NCBI RefSeq assembly: GCF_000143415.4
Contig: NW_003314287.1
Coordinates: 1,323,514-1,387,513 of the forward strand
Direction of reading: 5' to 3'
Length of the DNA stretch: 64,000 bases
Source: Selaginella moellendorffii
Lineage: Eukaryota > Plantae > Lycopodiophyta
The position numbers were made by a program, and so were the translations under genes. Below are positions 1 to 9,782 of the stretch, one piece after another; the first letter of the stretch is position 1, and every line of letters begins with the position of its first letter. Below the pieces are notes generated by a model. The model was not told the origin of the DNA and did not search any database. It worked only from the letters and a program-made list of their open reading frames with translations.

Positions 1-391
1 CCCACTTGAGAGACTCTAGAGTCGTATGAATGGCCTTCTCTTTGGTGCATACCGGCCCACCCCAAGTGCCTTGGCCAGCCCGCGCCAAATGCCCGGCCCC
101 AAGTGCCTGCCCCCAAGCACCTTGGTCCGTGCCAAATGCCTGGCCCGGGCACTTGCCACAACACTTTGGCACCCACACCAAGTCCCTCCGAACCAGCCCA
201 CCCCCAAGCCCCAAGTCCCCGGTGAACCGGCCCACCCCACACCAAGTCCCTGGTGAACTGCAAGCGCCGTGGCCGGCCCACACAAAGTGCCCAGCCTAAG
301 CATTTGCCACGGGCCGGCCAAGGCACTTGGGGTGGGCCGGTATGCACCAAAGAGAAGGCCATTCATACGACTCTAGAGTCTCTCAAGTGGG
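1..391. mobile_element. Foldback/MITE-like element with long inverted arms (may extend beyond the left window edge)
   Basis: 1-82 is the reverse complement of 310-391 with one mismatch; the interior is built of CCCAAGTGCC/CCAAGTCCC-like short repeats. No TSD can be checked at the window edge. Confidence 0.65.
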
Positions 392-899
392 AAGGCCCGA
401 GAGACATGATCTGAGAAATCCCACTATGTCGATTCACTCAGATAAGCATCATTCAGTCTGCTTCACCTCACTTCCTCAACATGGACATCTATAGTTTGTA
501 CAAACAGAATGCCCTTGGGACAAACATAGGTATGTTTCTTGTTTTGGTCTTCAAGCCAGGAACAACAAATACCCTCTCGGTGTCACCTACCTCTCCTTCT
601 GCAATTAATTTAACAATTTGTGTTTTGCAAGCTGGGATAGCTTGCAGTGCAGAAACAAAACCTAGTACATGATATCGAGTAGATTCGGTTTCTTGCCAAT
701 CTTGACGAGGATGCAATCTGCAACCACTATGGTGATGATTTAGCATCACTTATTTGGCATCAACGAGGTCGTCAAGATGCCAATAGATGGTACAAGAATC
801 CAATAGCTTTTATGATAGCCGTGTGGAGTAAGGTATATTCTTCCAAGTATACTTTTTATCATAGAATGTTTGTGTTGTCTTCAGCCATTGGTGAAGGTC

Positions 900-1815
900 A
901 GGCAAGATGCATATGCACAGTTGCATTGAGCTGAAAATGATCAAGAACTCTCAGAGCATTTAGCTGCAATTGACAAGAAAATCAACATCACAAAGAAAAC
1001 AAAGGTAAAGAAATTACTTAGTGTGGTTGACCCTCGACGCCCAAAGGAGTGGTTTGATATCATAACAAAGATTGCTTGTCAGAAAAGTAAGTATTGTTTG
1101 CGTTTACATGAAGGTTACTCACAAAGTTATTTCTTAGTGGGCAAGACTCCAGATGAGATTATTTACAACATCTCAAAGTCAAAGCTTACATATGAGGAAC
1201 AAATACACATTCTGAACGACCTCAATAATAGACTCAGGGAAGGAGAATAAGGTTTGGATAGTATGATGGAGATTGTGATGAGGAGGACCGTCTACATTTC
1301 ACAAACTGTATATGAAGGGGAGATGTTTCTAGCACCTTTCATAGAGGATGATCTTGAGCAACTTCCATTCAAGGACTTCATCACCACTGAGCTTACAAAA
1401 CTCGGAGAGGACTAGCTGCCAAAGAAGGCCACAAGCACGACTCCATTTGATAAACAACTTGGCTAACCTTACTTCATGCGTCGAGCGGCTTTCAGGTAAC
1501 ATACAATTTCTCAACTATACTCAATTTGTTTATATTCTATTATAGGTATCTCCAATATAGAGGCGTTCCTCTTGAAACACCGGTATGCAAACGACTCCTG
1601 AGGCATGGTGTGAGAGATGAAGGCATGTAACATACAATTTCTCAACTATACTCAATTTGTTTATATTCTATTATAGGTATCTCCAATATGGAGGCGTTCC
1701 TCTTGAAACACCGGTATGCAAACGACTCCTGAGGCATGGTGTGAGAGATGAAGGCATGTACCTGACAACAATAAAGTTTCCAGTAGCAATAAAGCAAGTT
1801 TGTCCTTGGGAATTG
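900..1815 (+). pseudogene. Decayed intron-containing gene fragment of unknown family, cut off by the Cassandra insertion
   Basis: Coding-like frame with in-frame stops (ORFs 1023-1250 and 1657-) and a GT..AG intron at 1496-1545. Confidence 0.35.
1496..1757 (+). repeat. 131-bp tandem duplication (intron plus 81-nt exon piece)
   Basis: 1496-1626 and 1627-1757 are identical apart from one A/G difference. Confidence 0.95.
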
Positions 1816-1832
1816 TGTAAGCTTCTGAATTT

Positions 1833-1887
1833 GGACTTCCCAGGAGGTCACCCAACCCAGTACTATTCAAACCCAAGGACGCTTAAC
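1833..1887 (-). ncRNA. 5S rRNA-derived segment (internal control region) in the Cassandra LTR
   Basis: GGACTTCCCAGGAGGTCACCCAACCCAGTACTATTCAAACCCAAGGACGCTTAAC closely matches the reverse complement of the plant 5S rRNA 3' half as I recall it. Confidence 0.9.
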
Positions 1888-2907
1888 CCCAAATATCCCA
1901 AGACCCTTATGTAAGTGACTAATTTTTCCATTCTACTTTAGTCACTTAACCACACCTCCGACCAATTGGAGGAGTCTCACTCACAACCTCCATAAGTCCT
2001 ATTTCAAACTTGGGCTTGCTAGCCCCGAGAATGGCATCCCCGCCACCCAACCTTTGCACTTGGTCCAAGTGCTCCACGTGACCGATCCCATGACCGACAC
2101 TCCAAGGTACCACCAACATATCAGCCCGTTACGCTAAGGCCATGCCCATTCACCTTGGTCACACTAGTGGTCTGACACCACCTCCATCACAGTCCCGTCC
2201 CTCAAAGACTGGGCCATCTGTTCATGAGTGATCATCCCAAATCCACTCCTTAACATCCTTAGGATGCCGACAGACATGGGGAATAACCTTCCCCCAATGT
2301 CCCTTTTCTGGTCCCCACCAAGTCCCTTTACTGTCCATGGCCGTGTTCACCAACACTACCACTGGATTGAGGCCCACAGGCCCAACCACTAAGTCCCATG
2401 GTCCTCTGGGACTTCCTCACCACACGACTGTGTCCTTGGTCACTACCCCAGAGGACTTCTCCTCTTCCTTTCCACAGTTTGGGCCTTTGGGACAACATTT
2501 CGGAACACCGTGGCCTTACGCGAGCCACCTGGGTACTCTCCCCACCTTTTGCCTTTAGGTGCTCTAGCCATGGGCTTAGAGCGAGGTTCTGTTGAGCCAT
2601 GCCTGGTATCCAAGTAGGTAGTGCCACCCACACTTGGACTGGGAGCATCGGCCACTCGATCTCTCGGGGGAACTAGAGCCGGCTCTTGAACACTTCACCA
2701 AGCTACCCCGCTTGTCGGTCCGTATTCACTCTAGTCTTGGACTTCCCAGTGGTCTGTTCATCACCCAACACTGGGTCTGGCCTTTTTGGGCCAAACTGGC
2801 CTTTCCTGGCCAAACTGGCTCCACTGCAGTCCTCCCCCTTACTATACTTTTGGAGCTCACCAAACCCCCCAGGGTTTGGGAGACGAACGCTTTGGGCTTT
2901 CACCCTC

Positions 2908-3272
2908 TCAGACTCGAACTCGGACTCAAACTCGGACTCGGACTCGGACTCAGACTCGGACTCGGACTCGGACTCGGGCTCGGTCTCGGCCTCCGCCTCG
3001 GTCTTGGTCTCGGTCTCGGTCTTGGTCTCGGTCTCGGTCCCGGTCTCGGTCTCGGTCTCGGTCCCGGTCTCAGTCTTGACCTCGGATTCCATCTCGGGTC
3101 CATCTCGGACTCTGTCTCGGTCCATCTCGGACTCCATCTCGGACTCCACTTCGGACTCCATCTCAGACTCCATCTCGGACTCCACCTCGGACTCCATCTC
3201 AGACTCCATTTCAGTCCATCTCGGACTCCATCTCGGACTCCATCTTGGTCCATCTCGGACCCCATCTCGGAC
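2908..3272. repeat. CpG-rich hexamer/dodecamer array (GACTCG, GTCTCG, GACTCCATCTCG) in the B 3' LTR
   Basis: Directly visible; it explains the spurious SDSD/ESES/LGLG ORFs. Confidence 0.95.
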
Positions 3273-4859
3273 ACTTCCACGTGTCATGTGTTGGTCCTTT
3301 TGGGTCCCTTTTTGGAGCCTCGCTTATTGCTCGCTTTGTGCTTGTTCCTCAAGCACTTTGTTGGGAGTTCCACTCCCGCTCTCGACCTTCCAAGTCGGAG
3401 CTTTTAGTCCAAACGGGTCACGCTCGTTTGGCTTTTGCTTTAGCCACTACCACGTGGCACCCTTTCCAGCTCCACTTTGGGGCCTAGGGATTTTGTGTCT
3501 CACAACTCCACCACCCATATACGAAGTTCGATGTCCTCATCGAACGATAAACCCTTTTATAAAGTAACACCCGCAGGTATTACCATTCCCATCCTTGGCA
3601 CCCGGCCAATATTTGTCTATGGTTTGACCCCGAAAGCTCACTATGCCTTGTCCATCCTCTAAGGAGGATAGTCTCTCCAACTTAGAGACTGATTGGACCA
3701 CTTGTGGTGGTTCTTTCCGTTTATTGGTTTAGTTCTCGCTAAACCCGTTAGAGACACCCTCTCTAACTCAATTCCACTACTCATTCTTGAGTTGTCACAG
3801 ATTCCATTGATCTACCTTTGCACTTTGGAACGTTTACTTTTGACTTCTTGAAGTTGATTTCCTAGGTGTCTCCGACACCTTGCCTTGCACATTTTGTGCA
3901 ACTCCACTTCCCCTCCTAGGAAGTTCTCTACTCGAGGGCACCCTCATCCTCTTTTCTATTTTTGTGCCCCCATTGGCATTACGTTCCATTTATCATTATT
4001 TGTGCTAGGGCTGTCCACGGCCTTATCTTTTGGCTACTTAGTTGCTCCCTCATTTGGAGCCTTTCCTTTGCCAAATTGGAGCACTTGGGAATCCATCCTT
4101 GGAAGTCCACTTCTTTTTCCGCAATCCGTTAGCATCAACCACATTAGTGTTCCTTGGCTAACTTTGCCACTTGGATTCTTTCCAATGGATTCCACGGCCC
4201 TATCTTGGGCACTCGTCTTTTGCTCCTATCCTTGGATTGTTGCACCAAGCAACATAGGATCATTACCTCCCTCCTTGAGGTATTCTTTTGGTTCCATAGC
4301 AAAGGATCTGCTTTGCCTAGACTAGGGTGTTCACCCCTAGTAAGTCTCCCCAACTGTTCTAGGCTCTCTTCCTAGCCCAACCTTGTGATCCACCCATGGG
4401 CTTGTCTTTGGAGACTATTTTCTTGAACTCATAATACCATTGTATTGTAGTAGTTCATTTCCCTTAGGTGTCCTTCCCACTTAGTCATCTTGACTAAGCC
4501 ACACCTTTATCAATAGTTCAAATCAACACTTTGAACTAGGAATCATATTCCTTAACCCAAACAAAGACTTTGTCCTTGTTTAGCCATAAGATCACCTAGT
4601 GATCTCATCTTGACCCCTTAATAGGTCTACCAATAGGAATTAGGTCTTCCAGACTTTACTAAGTTGTTGACTATGACCCCGGGGGCATCCCCCACACTTG
4701 GCGGTGCGCCCAATTTAGCCCTTCCGGCCAAGGATCTATAGCAACTGAGACTGGGTGTCCCCATCTCATTCACCACGTCCTTGGTGCCTTTTGCACCAAA
4801 GTGTTCAAATTAGATATGCCAAGCTTTCACTCTAAGCAATCTAACCGTGCATCACGACT

Positions 4860-5085
4860 CTGGGGCATCCCCCGCTTGGTGGTGTGCCCAAGACAATCTC
4901 CTCATTGAGAGTCCATGACCACTGAAATATGAGTGTCCTCATATTCCAAACCATCACCACGCCCTAGCGATTTGGGACTCGAACCCAAGCACTAGAGGGT
5001 CGAGACTCAAACCCAACCTCCGTATATGCATCTACGGACGGCATCACCTAGGATGCCTGGCGTGACTCCCCACGCCGGTGCACCA
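4860..5085 (-). ncRNA. Homologous structured element in B (its downstream part is also duplicated at about 4680-4770)
   Basis: Same hairpin order as 23240-23478 with altered but still pairing stems. Confidence 0.65.
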
Positions 5086-8000
5086 ACTTATACTCAAAGC
5101 GCGCTACAGATCACAGCTTAGGAACCTAGTTCCTCCACACTGCTAAGTCCTCTCACTTGACAAGTCTGTGATCATGCATGGACTCCTCCATGCTTGGCCC
5201 CATGGCCCACCCCTTTTAAAGTTATCACCTTCAACTAGGGTATTTGTTCCCCTGACTTGCCAATCTCGCTTTGGCAAGCCCTCCGACCACTGTAACATGG
5301 TTCCTGCACAAGCGTGAAAGCCCTTGATCATCGACTTTCATTCAAAGCCCTCTCTTTGAACACTCGGGAACTACTTCCCTAACCTTGATAGCCTTGCCTC
5401 ATGGCAAGTTTCAAGACCACGTTTCTGCTGCGCCACTCTGATTTCGCGCGTTCCTTGAACCATTTATGCTTGGCCTTTCTAGGTACTAAGCTACCTAGAA
5501 TCATCTTTGGGAACCTTGAAGGAACTCTGTCCTTTAGCTTGCTAAGGCCTCCCTTTTTGCAAGCTTTCCAATTACCATATAGTCTAACATGGACAATTCC
5601 ATATTTTAGACTCTTCATGGCATCACGGTTGCTAGCGGCAACACCTTCGAGCCCCCACTTGATTCTCCACTCCCAGCTGGCATAACCAACCTTGGTTATG
5701 CCCTTCGATTCCTATGATTCGGTTTTACCCCTTTACTTCTTGCTTTTGGCTTCACACCTTTTCTTTGGTCATTCTCCTCCAGACTAGGAGGATAGCTTTG
5801 CACTTTCTATCATCTCTTAGCAAGTATTCTTAGGGATGAACCTACCCGATAGCCTAGGGAGTGGTTCCTCAATCCAAGTATGCTCACCCTATAATCCCAC
5901 ACACTGAAATTACGTTGTTGCTTATGGGCCTTTACATGCCCATCGCTAGCCTTGCCAAAATTCCATTTTTGGCTTTGTCCAATTCGAGTAGACAGTCTTC
6001 TCCTGTCTCTGCCACCTTGGATATTTGGATAGCACCTTCTATCCATCATTCGCTAGGGACTTAGTCCCTTTGGCCTTATCTATTGCCCTCGCGACATCAA
6101 ACACCACCTCCTGGTGTTCTAAAGTGTTCAGGTGTCCCAATGATGGCTTCCTTGACAATGAGTATTTCCTTTCATGACATTGACTTACTATATCGCAACA
6201 TAAGCAACTTATCCCCCATAAGGGTATATTCAACTTCCTTATGCCATTAAGAAGGCTTGGGTACCTACCTTCTACCCGTTTAACCAATTATTTTGCACCT
6301 CTTGCTTAGTTGCCTCATAGTTGTCAAGTCCTACAACTCATTGCTGGTGCTTCCACACCTCCATCATTATCTAGGTCACCACACTCCAATTGCATGCTCT
6401 GCAACTTAGGCTATGCCATTCCCATTTCCATTGGGATTCCTTTGGCAAGGGGTTCTCATGAACCCACCAACATAGCCTCAAGGTATCACACCTTGGCACA
6501 TTTGGTGTCTCCACACCATCGGCTCCACGAGCCTACCTCTATGACACTTTTTCTTTGTGTCTAAGTCTTTGCCAAGACTAATACCACTCTTTCTCATGCC
6601 AACCATCCGTTAGTACTGCACTATAGAGGTCACACACAACTTTGTTTCAAAGTTGTTTTCTTTTGGGAACACCCTTCCCACGACTTTAGCATGGCACATT
6701 TTGCCATCGATGAGATACCCTCTTTTCTCATCCTTGGATCCTATGATCCCCCCCATCCTTCGTGGGGTACCACACACCTCAGTCCAAATGCTTTCATCAA
6801 TCCTATAGGATTATTCCTTGACTCTATTGGAGTCATCCAGTTTTTTGGACTTTGTCATCCGACGACCCATGAGGTCCTACCTTTGAGGTGCCAGCTCACT
6901 GGAATACAACTTCTTGTATTCAGGTCCTACTCACAAAGACCATCTTTGCAAGTGTTACTCCGACACTTGATTTGTTCTCTTGGGGCAACCTTTTGCCTCT
7001 TAGGACCACTTGTCCATGTGATGAGAATACCAACTCATCCTCTAAGTACACCCCCAACTCCTTGGGTTGTTCCAGCATTTATTAAGGGTAACCTCAGCTA
7101 CCATTTTGAGGACTTGTGTCCTCTCCTATATTTGACCTCCCATGGTCATCAATTCTGGTCTCAAAGTTATGAGCATCGGCCTCAACTATATGAGGGTAAT
7201 CTTGTAACTCCTTTATTATTTTGGAGTTTACATCTTTCCCGTGATCCCAATTATAGTTGTTTACCACAACTACGTTAGCCCGTTTGCTGCATCAAATGCT
7301 CATCTGGATCACATCCTCAGCTCTCTGAGGAAACCTTATACTGTTCCCAAGATCCCAAAGTCGTTCTATTATTGGCCCTTTTCTATCCACCACATCATGT
7401 CCAAGTTCACGCATGAACTTGAGTGGAGAGCCATGTCCTCTCGACATGCTACTCCTCAAGGATAGGCCCACTCCTAGGACCTTCCAATGCCAACATCAAT
7501 GGTGATATACTTGAGCACCAATAAAAGTCGGACTAAGGAACAGCTCCGATACCAAGTTGTAAGCGACTAATTTTTCCATTCTACTTTAGTCACTTAACCA
7601 CACCTCCGACCAATTGGAGGAGTCTCACTCACAAGCTCCATAAGTCCTATTTCAAACTTGGGCTTGCTAGCCCCGAGAATGGCATCCCCGCCACCCAACC
7701 TTTGCACTTGGTCCAAGTGCTCCACGTGACCGATCCCATGACCGACACTCTAAGGTACCACCAACATATCAACCCGTTACGCTAAGGCCATGCCCATTCA
7801 CCTTGGTCACACCGGTGGTCTGACACCACCTCCATCATAGTCCCGTCCCTCAAAGACTGGGCCATCCGTTCATGAGTGATCATCCCAAATCCACTCCTTA
7901 GCATCCTTAGGATGCCGACAGACATGGGGAATAGCCTTCCCCCAATGTCCCTTTTCTAGTCCCCACCAAGTCCCTTTACTGTCCATGGTCGTGTTCACCA

Positions 8001-8556
8001 ACACTACCACTAGATCGAGGCCCACAGGCCCGACCACTAAGTCCCACGGTCCTCTGGGACTTCCTCACCACACGACTGTGTCCTTGGTCACTAACCGAGA
8101 GGACTGCTCCTCTTCCTTTCCACAGTTTGGGCCTTTGGGACAACATTTCGGAACACCGTGGCCTTACGCGAGCCACCTAGGTACTCTCCCCACCTTTCGC
8201 CTTTAGGTGCTCTAGCCATGGGCTTAGAGCGAGGTTCTGTTGAGCCACGCCTGGTATCCAAGTAGGTAGTGCCACCCACACTTGGACTGGGAGCATCGGC
8301 CAGTCGATCTCCCGGGGGAACTAGAGCCGGCTCTTGAACACTTCACCAAGCTACCCCGCTTGTCGGTCCGTATTCACTCTAGTCTTGGACTTCCCAGTGG
8401 TCAGTTCATCACCCAACACTAGGTCTGGCCTTTTTGGGCCAAACTGGCCTTTCCTAGCCAAACTGGCTCCACTGCAGTCCTCCCCCTTACTATACTTTTG
8501 GAGCTCACCAAACCCCCCTAGGGTCTGGGAGACGAATGCTTTGGGCTTTCACCCTC

Positions 8557-9043
8557 TCAGACTCGAACTCGAACTCGAACTCAGACTCGAACTCAGACTC
8601 AGACTCGGACTCAGACTCAGACTCGGACTCAGACTCGGACTCGGGCTCGGTCTCGGCCTCCGCCTCGGTCTTGGTCTCGGTCTCGGTCCCGATCTCGGTC
8701 TTGGTCCCGGTTCCGGTCTCGGTCTCGGTCTCGGTCTCGGTCCCGGTCTCAGTCTCGACCTCGGACTCCATCTCAAGTCCTTCTCGGACTCCATCTCGAG
8801 TCCTTCTCGGACTCCATCTCGGATTCCATCTCGGGTCCATCTCGGACTCCGTCTCGGTCCATCTCGGACTCCACTTCGGACTCCATCTCGAACTCCATCT
8901 TGGTCCATCTCGGACTCCATCTCGGTCCATCTCGGACTCTATCTCGGACTCCACTTTGGACTCCATCTCGGACTCCATCTCGGACTCCACCTCGGACTCC
9001 ATCTCGGACTCCGTCTTGGTCCATCTCAGACCCCATCTCGGAC
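8557..9043. repeat. Longer version of the same array in the B 5' LTR
   Basis: Same units; this LTR is 1718 bp against 1595 bp for the other. Confidence 0.95.
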
Positions 9044-9602
9044 ACTTCCACGTGTCATGTGTTGGTCCTTTTGGGTCCCTTTTTGGAGCCTCGCTTATTG
9101 CTTGCTTTGTGCTTGTTCCTCAAGCACTTTGTTGGGAGTTCCACTCCCGCTCTTGACCTTCCAAGTCGGAGCTTTTAGTCCAAACGGGTCACGCTTGTTT
9201 GGCTTTCGCTTCAGCCACTACCACGTGGCACCCTTTCCAGCTCCACTTTGGGGCCTAGGGATTTTGTGTCTCACACCTTAACCGATTGGAAAAAGGGGTG
9301 CACTCTTATTCATGGGCCCTTTCCCTCTATATTTGAACCCCATGGATCGTCTCGCAAGTCGTTCCTTTTGGTTGGTTACAATCCACCACGCTTCCCTGCA
9401 AGTTCACGCCCTCATGAACGGAAGCTGAGAGCCGCAGCTCTCCCGAGAGCCCCGCTCTCTTGACACCCTACCCCTTGGGTTGAGCCCAGTGGGAGCAAAC
9501 TGGATTAGCCAGATGTCAATCAACATGTGGTGTGATTCCCCTAGCTAACCAACAGAGTCGGACCCGAAACCTCTCTAATACTAAATGTAAGCTCCTGAAT
9601 TT

Positions 9603-9657
9603 GGACTTCCTAGGAGGTCACCCAACCCAGTACTATTCAAACCTAAGGACGCTTAAC
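9603..9657 (-). ncRNA. 5S rRNA-derived segment in the second Cassandra LTR
   Basis: Near-identical to 1833-1887. Confidence 0.9.
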
Positions 9658-9782
9658 CCCAAATATCTCAACACCCTTAACCGATTAGAAAAGGGGGTGC
9701 ACTCTTATTCATGGGCCCTTTCCCTCTATATTTGAACCTCATGAATCGTCTCTCAAGTTGTTCCCTTTGGTTTCTTACAATC

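Larger units (their letters stand above)
1910..9275 (-). mobile_element. Non-autonomous LTR retroelement B (LARD-like)
   Basis: LTRs 1910-3504 and 7558-9275 (TG..CA); TSD CCTTA at 1905-1909 and 9276-9280; Met PBS (rc TGGTATCGGAGC) at 7543-7554; PPT from 3505; the 4-kb interior has no recognisable gag/pol motif. Confidence 0.9.
1816..9779 (-). mobile_element. Cassandra TRIM (5S-rRNA-containing LTRs), 3' LTR split by element B
   Basis: 194-bp LTRs TGTAAG..TTACA: 1816-1909 plus 9281-9380, and 9586-9779. Internal domain 9381-9585 has a PPT (rc of ATCCACCACGCTTCCC) and a decayed Met PBS (rc TAGTATTAGAG, 9573-9583). Confidence 0.92.

Noticed and set aside
1833-1887. Functional 5S rRNA gene
   Set aside because: Only about 55 nt of the gene, diverged and embedded in TRIM LTRs.
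2908-3272. CRISPR-like array
   Set aside because: No unique spacers; these are simple tandem repeats in a eukaryotic LTR.
2634-3567. Long SDSD/ESES/LGLG ORFs (also 8334-9281, 22797-23111, 30713-31027)
   Set aside because: They result from stop-free hexamer arrays in LTRs; frames are open on both strands and differ between LTR copies.
9381-9585. Hammerhead ribozyme (retrozyme) in the small non-autonomous elements
   Set aside because: No CUGANGA..GAAA core with matching stems was seen by eye; not exhaustively excluded.
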